64,000 nucleotides of DNA from Perna viridis (lineage: Eukaryota): the NCBI GenBank assembly GCA_037379345.1, contig CM074511.1, positions 15,562,001 to 15,626,000 of the forward strand. The letters run 5' to 3'. Positions 1 to 12,018 of the stretch are shown piece after piece; position 1 is the first letter of the stretch, and every line of letters starts with the position of its first letter. Below the pieces are notes generated by a model. It ran no database searches and was not told where the DNA came from. It worked only from the letters and a program-made list of their open reading frames with translations. Both the position numbers and the translations under genes were made by a program.

Positions 1-517
1 TTGTTATTATGGTGATACGTGTGCACGAGTGTAATCCAGACACTCTCCCTCTTAAACAAATTATCATGGTTCCCACTTGGGATTAGCATCACACGCGGAT
101 AGATTAATATGAAGATGTGTTCAACCTTAACAAAAAATTTTAAATTGGTGATGAAATTGAAAGGGTGGCATGAATAGCAGTATTTCTGAAATGTTAATCC
201 ATTTATGATTTGATCAAAGATTTAGGAGTGTGTATTCGTATATATTCGAAGTTTTTGAAGCCTCAATTGTATGTTTGAATTTAAATTAAGTTTATTGGCA
301 GCAAGATCTGTCAAATCCAGATTGATGTTCACGAATTCTTAATACATCAGTTCTAATGCATCTGTGGAATCTGTAAAAGAAAAAAGTATGCAAGCATGTG
401 TTAAAAATTGAGTCATTTATTGAATTGACATCCTGAAATTACAGTGTTGTCCAATGAAATACAATGTTACAAGGCATGTCATGGATTGTTCTGATGTGTC
501 CTGCACCATGAGAACTG

Positions 518-562
518 AGCAGAGGACACTTGCATTTCAGCATACCTGGTCCATTCTTCCAT
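518..562 (+). mobile_element. Decayed fragment of the Penelope-like 3' UTR
   Basis: agcagaggacacttg...acctggtccattcttcc resembles 53926-53969. Confidence 0.45.
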
Positions 563-1152
563 TCCTTGTTGCTGATTTTATTCTGTTTCCACACGTACAT
601 GTATGTGCATGTTATGAATGAAAGATATTAAGCCATTTATGTTTCAAACCATCTTCTTATATAGATAGAATGTGGCTTACAATCTACGATTTTTCAGTAT
701 GATTTATCTTTTCCTCATTAGTGTGGCAACTTGTTATAATGTAGCATGTTATATTGATTAATCCTAAATGCAAGTAATCAGGGCCTACTCTGGCTGGATG
801 ATCAACATTTTGGATGTGCAACTTGAAGTCTTTTGTAGGAAAGCATTGGCTTCTAGTCCTTTCCAAACAAATTTGAAGTCAAAGGCTTTGTTTTGTCCTA
901 CTGCAAAAAGATGTTCAATTTCTTGTTAAATCAGACATGATTTTCTTCTACTTTCAAACAGAATTCTGCCTTTTTGCATCAGATTTTACCATTAGAATTT
1001 TCTTTTTTACTGTATATTGACATGTTCTGCCAATTTTCTTATTTTCCATTTTTTTTGTTGCCTTCATAAAATCATGTCTGTTAAATACAACCTTAGAGCA
1101 GTCAGAATGTAATATATTTCTGTTCATGTTTTAGTAACCAATAAAGTGACTC

Positions 1153-1200
1153 ATGGATGGGATCGCTGTAGAAGACAATGGAGAAGTAACTGTTCAAGAT
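1153..1200 (+). CDS. AT-hook gene coding exon 1 (MDGIAVEDNGEVTVQD)
   Basis: Acceptor ttttag at 1134, ATG at 1153, donor GTGAGA at 1201; phase 0. Confidence 0.65.
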
Positions 1201-1547
1201 GTGAGAGAAGGGGTTGTTAAGAAAGCTTTTAACTAAATTTCATGTTTCCTTATGAGAACAGGACATTAAAGAAATCTTAACTTATCCAAATGTAACTTAA
1301 ATGATTTGAAGTATACCTTAAAAATGATGGAAGACATCTTAACTAACTTTTATATGAATGCTGGACTTAGACATTATGATAAGATCAAAGTGAATTAATT
1401 ACTCATGAAGCAATATTTTCTGTATTCTATAACATGAAGCTTTCAATTTTAACGTGTACTTTCATTTCTCTAACAAATTTGTTAGACTATATAACTTCTA
1501 TATATGCACCACAGTACAGAAATTTTCTTGTTATATATCAAATTTAG

Positions 1548-1640
1548 GCTGAAGATTCCAACTCAATGTCATTTCACACAGAAGCAGCTGTTTCAGTAAC
1601 TGAGAAGTTATCAGAAGTATTACTCCAGGAGGCACAAGAG
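1548..1640 (+). CDS. AT-hook gene coding exon 2 (AEDSNSMSF...LQEAQE)
   Basis: tttag|GCT...GAG|gtacta; 93 nt; in frame with ORF 1566. Confidence 0.7.
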
Positions 1641-2571
1641 GTACTAATTCAACCAGAAGGATGTTTTTCACTTTTTAGGGGAATTTCACAATTTCAAATC
1701 TGGATATTACTGCTACAATTCTTTTTATTTTTCACTATATTTACTTCCGATTTTGCCAATTTCCGCTTTGTTCGTAAAGTTATCCATGATTCAAGCTGAA
1801 GTACTATTAATGTATAGACATCAGTTAGTTATCAGATATTCCCTGTGAAATAGATTTAGATAATTCATTTATGCTCTCTGAGACTGTCCCTACAAAATGT
1901 CACATTAGTTTTCTCTTGTACTGTTAACTTGTTTTACATAAAATTATATAATTGTAATATCAATTTAAAACAAAAAAACATTTAACTATTGAGAAAATTT
2001 ATGTAATAAATAGGATAATCAGTTGGTTATCATGATTAACCAAGTTTAATTGGTTGTGCTGAGAATACTTGAAAATTAAACTCATGCACAGAGCAAGTTC
2101 TATGAGTTAAATCTGGGCATTCGTTGATACTCATTATTAAGTTTGGTTATTTTTTCTTTCCAAATATTTACTTTCTCAGTATTTGTCAGAATTAGACAAA
2201 ATCATTCTGAAACACTTATTTAAATTATCCAATATTACAAAAATGGAAATAGGGTACACAGGAACATCAAATAGTTGCCCCTGTATACCCCAGCAACATA
2301 AAAGTAAACTGAAAGTGAAAACGAATCAATAAATATAGAGGCCCAAAATTCCTGACTCCAAACAGCTTTTGTATATATGCATCAACCTTCTAGATTTACA
2401 TAAATGTAAGCTGGTAGTGTACAAGAATTGTTGAACTTGAATGGTTTGTACTAAGAGTTTTACTCTGCACACTTTATAAGACATTTATTTACAATATAAG
2501 CATTTATTTAGGTTCATAGAAAGTAAACATTTTACATGGGTAGCAGCTATTGTATTTCCCTGCTTTATGAA

Positions 2572-2810
2572 CTTTATGTCTCCCCCACTTTTGTGGGGAG
2601 ACGCATTGTTTTTGTCCTGTCCATCTGTTTGTCTGTCACACTTTTGTAAGTGCAACTCCACGGGAACTACTTCACCAAATTTCAAGAAACTTTGTAGGTA
2701 GTTAGAACATGATATGTAGTTGTACATTATACCAGAAATTTGTGATTCACTGAATTTTATGGGAGTTATGCCCCTTTGAAACTTTGAAACTGGGGGATGC
2801 ATAAGTTTTT
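2572..2810 (+). mobile_element. Short HINE-like repeat, family 2 copy A
   Basis: 5' hairpin gtctcccccac-tttt-gtggggagac, TGTC-like microsatellite; similar along its length to 24071-24305. Confidence 0.65.
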
Positions 2811-2861
2811 ACAGGCAGAAAAATCTATAAATTAATAATCTAATCTTGAATATATTCTTAG

Positions 2862-2942
2862 GAGAATAATGGATTGTCAAAAGCAGAAGCCTCACCTGGA
2901 CAAGAGCCAAATACAGCAGTATCTGGAACACATGGACAAAAG
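2862..2942 (+). CDS. AT-hook gene coding exon 3 (ENNGLSKAEASPGQEPNTAVSGTHGQK)
   Basis: ttcttag|GAG...AAG|gtatgg; 81 nt, open in phase 0. Confidence 0.7.
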
Positions 2943-3445
2943 GTATGGATTATTTCACTAAGTTGCACTGGTTCTTAACTTGAAATCTTCTTGTGATTAA
3001 CAAACTAACTCATAAGAATGCTGTAAAATTACAAATACAAAAATGTATTTTTGAGGTAAAATTGTAAGTTCCATTGCTTTGTTCAAAATAAGATACTGAT
3101 TGAATGTGTGTTTTACATTTATGAATGACAAAGTCATACCGGTATTACATAACAAATAAAAGGGGCAAGCCATTAATTAACAAAAATTTCCACTCCTCAA
3201 AAATGATGCACATAAACATATAAATACAGTATTCCAGAATTTCAATTTTCTACCTTCTGTTGGAAATTCTTACATAAAAATCACCAGAGCAAAAACTTAC
3301 AAATAATTCTTTTCATTGACTGAATAAGTAGACAATAACAGTACACTGACTTGATATTAAACTGATAGGTTTAGGTTTAGAACATCTACAAAATACAAGG
3401 CTGTGCTGAGCATTTTCACTGATTTGAACTGAATTTGTTAATCAA

Positions 3446-4354
3446 TTTTTTAGCTCACCTTGCCAAAGGCCAGTTGAGCTATTACCATCACTTGGCGTCC
3501 GTCGTTGTCATCGTCAACGATTATACAAAACTCTTCTCCTCTGAAACTACTTGTCTAATTAGAACCAAACTTGGTATGAATGTTCCTTGGGGTATCCTGC
3601 ATAGAACTGATATGGGGATTTTTGATTCGTCAAAAAGCATGGCCGCCTTCACTAAAAATAGAACATAGGGATCAGACAGTAGTTTTTTTGCATATATCTC
3701 CTAAGCCATTAGGTTTAGCTGAATTCTGAATGGGTAAAAGTGTTTTGCATGATGTTTGTTTGTTGGGGTTTAACATCCAAGCATGATGAGATCTATCTCT
3801 GGTCAAATTTTGGTTTTAATCCGTTAGGCCATGTTGGAGTTGTTGCCCTTTTTCAACGATTTTTGCTATTTTTAATGTTATTTCTTTCCAAAATCTTCTC
3901 TGACACTACTTGACCAATTGAAACCAAACTTGGTATGAATGTTCCTTGGGGTATCACTGCATAGAACTGACATGGGGATTTTTGAAAAACATGGCCGCCG
4001 TTACTAAAAATAGAACATAGGGGTCAGACAGTAGTTTTTCGCATATATCTCCTAAACCATTAGGTTTATCCAAATTCTTTCAATAGCTGAAATGATCCAT
4101 ATTATTAGGACTGCAAGTTATCAGACTCCTTGTAAGAGTTATTGCCCTTGAAAGGGGAAAATGACTTCTTTTTTTTTTTTTTAAGTTTTCAGTCAATTTC
4201 TTGAAAACTATGATAGATTAAAAGAAACTTTCAATTGTTGAAAAGATCTTGTGATAGTCCTACCAAAGACTTCTTTAGTCAAAATTGTTGGACAACTTCT
4301 TGTCTAATTTAATTCAGGAAGGTGAGCGATTCAGGCTCCTGGGAGCCTCTTGTT
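3446..4354 (+). mobile_element. Non-autonomous Helentron/HINE (pearl-like) element, copy 1
   Basis: 5' TTTTTAGCTCACCT, 3' subterminal inverted AGGTGAGC followed by hairpin AGGCTCC-TG-GGAGCCT, short CGTC-like microsatellite, internal tandem repeats, T-rich flanks. Confidence 0.8.
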
Positions 4355-5402
4355 TGTCAAGTTGGTTCACCGTTAAATGAAAAATTTAAGATAAATATAT
4401 GGTTTGAACAAGTAAAACACTGTTTATTAATTGAAGCAAGTGACATCCATTCAAAACAATGTAACATTTGTGGTATGGCAACATGAAGTTATATTCAGTT
4501 GGGGACAATTCATCATTTTTAGATCTGTTCAAATAGATAGTTTGCAGTATAAATCGTGTATAGCATTCTGAAATTTTCAATATTTATATGAGTATTTTTG
4601 TACATTTTGCTTACAATAAGAGGTAGTTAATAACGATTCTATCACCCTGAATTTGATGTTTAAGGGAAGAGACAAAAAAATTCTTCAACCCATTCAATAC
4701 ATATCTACTGGTATCATTTCATAGATTTAAAAACAATTGTTGGACTAAACCTGAAAGTAAAGAGACTTGGCAAGTTGGCTCCAGTCAGTTAAAACAGACA
4801 AGTGTGTCTATAGAATATTTTTTGTCTTTCCCAATATTTTTAGGGTCAACAGGTTATGATTTTAGTTGGTTTTTGTCAAATTAAGGTTATGCCTTGCCTT
4901 GAAAGTAAATTTTTACTGCAATTTTTATTAGTTGATGAAAAAATATACTATTTTGCTGTACCTGTTAATGTTTTTTTTTTTTTGGGGGGGTGGGGGTGGG
5001 ATAGCTGCATTCTGCCCTGTAATGACAATGTGAGGTTTTCCTTGTCATCTTTGATGACCCATGGGTTGCATTGACCTGACATTTTTCATCCAGGTGGGGT
5101 TGTTGTCTCTTTGACATATTTATTATTTCCATTATCCTTATATTAACCTTTTTTTGGGGGGCCTTTGAGGATATCAACTTGATATTGCAACTTTTTATTT
5201 TTGCCATGGGCTCTCTGTTCAGCATGTTTTCCATAACAAGGGACTTATTCACGACTTTAATCTTCCAATATATTTTCTTCATCTGGAAATTAGCGGAAAT
5301 TAATTGTTCACAATCATCAATTTAGAATGTGCCATTTTGTGGTTCAACAGTGTTCACATTTCATTATTGTTGTAAGAATGGTAATATGCATGTTTTTAAC
5401 AG

Positions 5403-5465
5403 GCACCTGAACCTGTGGTTGCAGGAAGGGGGAGACCTAGAAAATCTGATGCTCCCAAAAAACTG
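5403..5465 (+). CDS. AT-hook gene coding exon 4 (APEPVVAGRGRPRKSDAPKKL)
   Basis: tttaacag|GCA...CTG|gtaaga; 63 nt; canonical AT-hook GRGRPRK. Confidence 0.85.
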
Positions 5466-6527
5466 GTAAGATATCTATTTGTTTTGCTAAATGTTTGTTG
5501 TAAGACAAAATCAGTTATTGTTTAAGTACATGTAAGGTTTGTACCATGCACAGGTGCTTTTAACCTTTAAGCCTTACACAAATTCTGAAGGTATAGAATA
5601 AAAATAAATGTTTTCTATTTTATTTATAAAGAAACAGTTCTTAATTTGTATGTGGTAGTATGGAATAGTTGCTGTAATTCTGTCAAAAACACCTATGGAC
5701 ACCTAATCTGTAGGAAGCTTTCATTAATGGATGTAAACTTTTTCTCACTTTTGAGACAATGATTTCCTTATTTTTAGCCATGTGAGATTAAAAGCTTCAT
5801 TTGTAACAGCAGCCCTGTGATATCTTGTAAATACAGTAAAATGTGGAAAACAGTGCATTCTAAATTGGCATACTTATCATAAAATTGATTTTAAAAGTGA
5901 GAAAAAGTAGTGCCAACTGGAAGTGTAAGGCTATGGTATGATTTAGTTGTTCTCTAATTTAACAAAGCCTTTTATAGAGGTCTTTATAACTCTTAACCTT
6001 TGAGTTTCTTTGATTCCTTAAGCTTGCATGATAGTGGAGTTAGATTCTTAATACATTGTATCTTGTTCTGAAGATATGAAAAAGTTTATATAGTGTGATA
6101 CACATATACTGTAGTTAAAACTATCTTGCAAATATTTCCTTCATGGCCATGCCTTTTCACCAACTTCATTTGAAACTTGGTATCTATGCATGATTTCTCT
6201 CTAAATTTGATGTTCTTAATAACATAATTTTGTCAGCTATTTTAGTTTGTGTTATAGTTCTTGATTTCTTCAGTTTTGCATACAGATTTTGTGTCTTTAT
6301 ATCCTTTGTTTCCTTCTAAATATCTGAGGTTTAGGGTTACCTTGAAACTATTTTGTAGATGGGATCCCGTCATTATTTAACTTCAAACAACACTTACTGT
6401 TATATGGTTTTTATCCTAACAGGACTGAGCAGGACATCAGGTATGTATAAACATACAGTTTTGTCTTGTACAAATGTATGTACAGAACTTTTTTTTGTAT
6501 TCTGATAGGTATTTTTTACATTCGCAG

Positions 6528-6584
6528 GATGAAGTTCAACAATCAAACATTGCAAGTAAAACAGATTTTATGCTAGTCACACCA
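6528..6584 (+). CDS. AT-hook gene coding exon 5 (DEVQQSNIASKTDFMLVTP)
   Basis: ttcgcag|GAT...CCA|gtaagt; 57 nt. Confidence 0.7.
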
Positions 6585-7270
6585 GTAAGTAGAACTATTT
6601 TCAGTGGTGTTATTTTTCTACATCTTCACTGATTTCTGCTTATTTAAATTCAGATTTTACTGATATAATTTTTTTGGGGGTATATTTACTTCCAATTTTG
6701 ACAACAATACTTCCATGTTGTCCATATATCTCATAGCTTTGTCCATCAATTTCCTGTATCATTTTAAGAAGTTTCTTAATTATGAGAAGCCTGGTTCAAC
6801 TATAAATATGCTGAAAAAAAGCTAAAGAATACATTCACTTCTACCCAGAACATGTTAATATCATATTCATTTTACTGATGATTTTGTATTAAGCTTTTAA
6901 TAGTCTTGCACCAAACATGAAGTGGCATTCTTACCATTTAAACAGGCTGAATGTGATTAATTAATTTCTATTCTTTTTTCAATTGTTCTGAAGTCCATAG
7001 ATCAGGTGTACAATCGTAAACATGTCAGTTGTGAGCACCAAGGTGTAACATTGATCTGGTATATTAATCTGTCATTATTACAACTATTTGTAATAAATAG
7101 GGTATTTTTAAGTTACAAACTAAATTTGCTGCCTTTTAATCTAGCTATTTGCAATTAGCCGTATATGTCACACTTATAACCAATTATGAGTTTGAACTAC
7201 TATATGTGAGTATGTTACAACATATGGTAAATGGGCACTCATTTGCATATTTTAATTTATTTATTTGCAG

Positions 7271-7318
7271 TCCCTAAAAAGAGGCAGAGGCAGGCCACCT
7301 AATCCATTTAAAGTTATT
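7271..7318 (+). CDS. AT-hook gene coding exon 6 (SLKRGRGRPPNPFKVI)
   Basis: tttgcag|TCC...ATT|gtgagt; 48 nt; AT-hook. Confidence 0.85.
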
Positions 7319-7784
7319 GTGAGTAAACATATTGTCCAAGATAGTTTGATGTATCAAGATAAATCAAAAGGCCTTAATAAGAGATTCATCATTACTATGG
7401 GTTGATACTAACAAACTTACATACAGTATGACTTTAGTTATGAGCTTAATTATTTGATTGGGACATTAAAGTTATAGTGCGAGAACTTTGTTCAAGATAA
7501 AAAAATAAAATGATAGGAAGATTTTGTTAAAATATTAATTATACAGACTTTTAGGAATCTGTGGACTATAACAGATTACAGGTAACCCTAACTAAACTGA
7601 GTTTGTTTACATGGCTCAGAAATTTGAAATATTCAGTAGCACATTTTTGAGCATTAGTCTATGCCTTATTATATAAAGACTTAAGTACAGGGTCTTCATA
7701 AAATAACAATATGTGTTCATTATTTAAATAAAACAAATGTCTTCTTTTCTCTTAAGATTTTTGTCATGACTTTTTATATTCCAG

Positions 7785-7838
7785 AGACCGAAACCAGAAA
7801 CGACAAGATCAGTTGGCAGACCAAGAATACATCCTCCA
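7785..7838 (+). CDS. AT-hook gene coding exon 7 (RPKPETTRSVGRPRIHPP)
   Basis: ttccag|AGA...CCA|gtaagg; 54 nt; AT-hook. Confidence 0.85.
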
Positions 7839-8523
7839 GTAAGGCTTAAGTCATAGATCGTTAGACTACATTTACCTTCATCTATTAATAGATTCTAATA
7901 ACTTGAGAAAGCAGTGATTTCAGATATGCATTCTATTCATTAAATCACATTGAGTGATGATGTTTTAAATATTCAAAGTTTCACATTCACTATGCTATTT
8001 ACTTATTGCAAGTATTGTTGTTTAAAAAAAAAAATTCTTCTTTATATACCCCTATTTATTAGAGTTGGGGTTGTCACATGTGTTGCAATCACCTTTTCTG
8101 TCTGTCAGTTACACTTTCTATAAAAGACATTTCAGCTTTTGGAGGGAATGCTTAGATGTTTGATATATCACTTTTGCATGAAGACTTGTATTGTGTCTTC
8201 CCATTACAAATTACAAGTTCCTTACATATCTACTTCCTGTTTACGATATTTGACAGACATGGTTGAGTAGGATGTTTTTAGCAGGATGTAGTGTGCAATA
8301 TATCATTTCCATTGCAAAATAGTACTACATTAACATGTTATTATACTCAGAAAAAATGTTGAATTTATTTCACTTCAACATTAGTCATCTATATTATATG
8401 CTTTTTAATCAACATCTTGAATATAATTTTTTTAAATATTGTTTTTCTTTTTATATTTGTCACTCTTCTTCATCAAATATTTCTGACTGGTAGGAATATA
8501 TTTATTTTATATTTTTCCGTTAG

Positions 8524-8577
8524 AAAACACCAAGTGGCCGTGGACCTGGTAGACCCAGAATTCACCCTCCTAAAGAT
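8524..8577 (+). CDS. AT-hook gene coding exon 8 (KTPSGRGPGRPRIHPPKD)
   Basis: ccgttag|AAA...GAT|gtaagt; 54 nt; AT-hook; shares GRPRIHPP with exon 7. Confidence 0.85.
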
Positions 8578-9097
8578 GTAAGTCCTTGAAAATCAATGAC
8601 AGGGTTAAATTTTGCACAGCATAGAAGTATGGAAAGTAAATACATGTAATTACATGTACTGTATAATCAAAAAAAATTTTGCTATTGTATGAATGTGAAA
8701 ACACAACTGACTTTTAATTTGTAATAGATTTAAACTTGCAATATGGAATAATTAATATAATTAATGCAGGATTTTTCTCAAATTTGTTCAAAACTAAATC
8801 CACAATTATAGTAAAGTGACAAAAAAGCAACAATTTCTAAGATAACTTCCATGAAGAAGTGGTCAGTGGGTAATTAACTTGTTTTAAAAATACTGGTTCA
8901 GTGTTGTAACTTTTCTCACATTTATACATTATAGTTTTATCCAATGAGTTCCACCTTTAATAATATCTTCATTGAGTCTAAAGACCTGTATCCCAGTACA
9001 CTATAACATACTGGTAAATATGTCTAAATACTTTAGAGTAGTTAACCAGCATTTACAATAAGTATTACTTTGAACTTGTTTGATATTTTTTTTTCAG

Positions 9098-9133
9098 ATT
9101 GGTACGAAAAGATTTGCTAGACCTTTTAATATG
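9098..9133 (+). CDS. AT-hook gene coding exon 9 (IGTKRFARPFNM; degenerate hook)
   Basis: tttttcag|ATT...ATG|gtaaga; 36 nt. Confidence 0.65.
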
Positions 9134-9327
9134 GTAAGAATTTTTTCTGACTATTTTTATAGAGATATGTACAGTTCAACTGTGATATTCCAAAAACTCT
9201 AATATGACATGCTTCAAAGCTCTTTATACTACAGCCATAATAAAAAAAAGGGATAAACACACAATTAACATTTTGTGCAACCTATAGGCTGTATCTTTTC
9301 GAGATATAAAGAAACTAGTCACATTAG

Positions 9328-9475
9328 AATCACAGGAACTCCATTTCATCTTTGTTTTACCACGTGGTAGGCATTTATGTCGTTATTTAACTCCTTGCTT
9401 ATGCTCAGGATAAAACAAGCGACATTAAATGGCCAGACTGTGGTAAAGTTATGATAAAATGGAATTCCCATGATT
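9328..9475. mobile_element. Fold-back MITE, copy A
   Basis: Imperfect palindrome aatcacaggaactccatttcatc...gataaaatggaattcccatgatt. Confidence 0.7.
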
Positions 9476-9939
9476 TATATCTGAAGTTTACTTTCCAACT
9501 CTGATACTAATGAGAAATTGATCAGGCCTCTAAATACAAGAATACCAATCATAAAGATATTGCAAATTTCTGTATGCTGTACATGTGTTTCAGTAGCATT
9601 AGAAGTAAAGCCTTGAAAGTTTAAGATCCAAAAATATATTGTACAAAGAAAGAACTAGAAACAAAAAAATAGTGAAATGGGAAGCCAATTTTAGCACTGA
9701 TTCGCACTCACCTGATATTAGTAGCATATGTATGTGTAATGGTTTGATCGCAATCTGTTTGTTGATGGAAGTCTTGAAAGGCTAAAAAAAAATATGATAC
9801 CAATTTCAATGCATATCTATAAAAGGCTACTGAATAATATTATTCTTGAATAATTCTTACATGAGTTGAAGTGGGTGATAACTTGACAACTTGTCGAAAA
9901 AAATATCCATTTAGCATAAAAAAATAAAGAAGGCTGAAA

Positions 9940-10266
9940 CTGACATTAGTGAATCTTCACCTTTGGCCAAGGCATACATATGTTTGTCTGTGATATATAC
10001 TGACATTAGTGAATCTTCACCTTTGGCCAAGGCATACATATGTTTGTCTGTGATATACTGACATTAGTGAATCTTCACCTTTGGCCAAGGCATACATATG
10101 TTTGTCTGTGATATACATTAGTGAATCTTCACCTTTGGCCAAGGCATACATATGTTTGTCTGTGATATACATTAGTGAATCTTCACCTTTGGCCAAGGCA
10201 TACATATGTTTGTCTGTGATATACTGCTATGGTCAAGGTATACATATGTTTGTCTGTGATATACTG
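9940..10266. repeat. Minisatellite, 54-60-bp unit, ~5.5 copies
   Basis: cattagtgaatcttcacctttggccaaggcatacatatgtttgtctgtgatata repeated. Confidence 0.95.
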
Positions 10267-10299
10267 CTAATTGTTATTCTTACTTTGATTTTATTTCAG

Positions 10300-12018
10300 A
10301 AGTCCCTCCAAATAAAAGTGAAGTGTACTCAGAGAGGTGACAGAAGACGTGGTAGACCTCCAGGGTCCAAGAACAAGAAAAAAAATTATATTGTGCCAAA
10401 AGTTCACCAACCTCCAGGAAGACCTATTAAGTCTGAGAATGAGAAAGAATCTATGAGCTATCAGGACTTTGTGCGTCAAGTAAATGAGGAACTTCTGGCC
10501 ATTCATGGTACAATACCAGGAATAAACAAACAAATTGAGGGCGCAATAGAAGTTGATAATACCAGTGATGATTTGGACTCAAATTTAGAGTTAGATGAGC
10601 CTACAGAAGATAATCCTATTTCAAAAAGTTTGCATTTAAATGTATCTACTGAAAATAACCTTCCATTGGAAAAACATAGGGGAAGACCACCTGGTTCTAA
10701 AAATAAACCAAAGGATTTTGACACTTCTGGTTTAGATTTGGAATGCACTAGTATACCAGCAACATTTCCTTCAGGCAAAAGAAAAGGAAGACCTCCTGGA
10801 GCTAAAAATAAACCAAAAGATATTTTTGTCTTAACAAGTGACTCTGAAAATAATTTAAGTGCTTCTCCATCTATCAAGAAAAGGGGTAGACCACCTGGAG
10901 CTAAAAATAAACCAAAGGAAATAAGCTTCCTTGGTAGTGATTTTGAAAACAATAGTCCTTCTCCACAAATTAAAAAAAGGGGAAGACCACCTGGAGCTAA
11001 AAATAAACCTAAAGATTTCTCTTTTCTGAAATCTTATTCAGGTGAGTCAGTAATTGGATGTAGTCCTTGCCCTACAGAAAAGCGACGACCAGGAAGACCA
11101 CTTGGATCAAAGGACAAATTTTCCTCCGGGAGGAGACGAGGTCGACTTCCTGGTGCTAAAAATAAGTTGAATTTTAGTTTTACTCGTACAGAAGTTGATC
11201 AATCCTCTGCTGATGAATCAAGTCTAAAATTAGATTTCTCACCTGTGAGGAGACCAGGAAGACCTCTTGGAGCTAAAAATAAACCAAAAAGCCTTAGTTT
11301 TAATGAGCATAATACAAGTGTAAATTCACATTTACGAATTCTCTTTAGATCTCCCTCTCTCAAGCGGAAGCCAGGGAGACCACCATTGGCTGAAAATAAA
11401 CATAAAAGTGATACATCAGACCAAGACCACCAAGTGAACACTTCTTTTTCACTCTCTGGTAAACGCAGACCAGGAAGGCCTCCTGGTGCCAAAAATAAAC
11501 CTAAACCAGAATATTCATCAGAGGAGAATAATGATGAAAATTTAAAAACACTAGTTTCACCATTAGGGAAAAGAAGTCCTGGACGTCCCCCAGGTGCTAA
11601 AAACAAACCTAAGCTGGATTTTGAGGTTAAGAATGAAGGTTATGGAAACATTTCTTTCTCTCATCAAGTTAAACGAAGACCTGGTAGACCCCCTGGTGCT
11701 AAAAATAAACCGAAGTTAATTTATTCAATGGACACAAAATCTGAACTGACAGAAGGTGAAAATGAATTGAGTTCAGAGCCATCATCACCAACTAAGAAAA
11801 GGGGTAGACCTCCAGGGTCCAAGAATAAACTGAAATTAGCACTTTCTCCTCAAATGTTTGTGAAAATGGATACTGGTGAGATCAGTGGTGTGTTTGACAA
11901 TAGTGTTTTAACCTCTTCAGGCAAGAGACGGCCAGGCCGACCGCCTGGTGCTAAAAATAAACCGAAAATATATAGCTGGGTGAAGATAGATAAAGAGTCT
12001 CGTGCCGTTACAGACCAG
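10300..12018 (+). CDS. AT-hook gene coding exon 10 (573 aa, 15 AT-hooks)
   Basis: Core of ORF 10081-12030; tttcag|AAG...CAG|gtttgt; repeated (K/R)RxGRPPGAKNKPK. Confidence 0.92.

Noticed and set aside
3435-3668. ORFs in HINE copies (also 16916-17209, 24899-25153, 2485-2802)
   Set aside because: Chance frames within non-autonomous repeats; no Rep/helicase motifs
10081-10299. N-terminal 73 aa of the 649-aa ORF (MAKAYICLSVIY repeats)
   Set aside because: Translation of an intronic minisatellite; starts at TTG and precedes a strong acceptor at 10299
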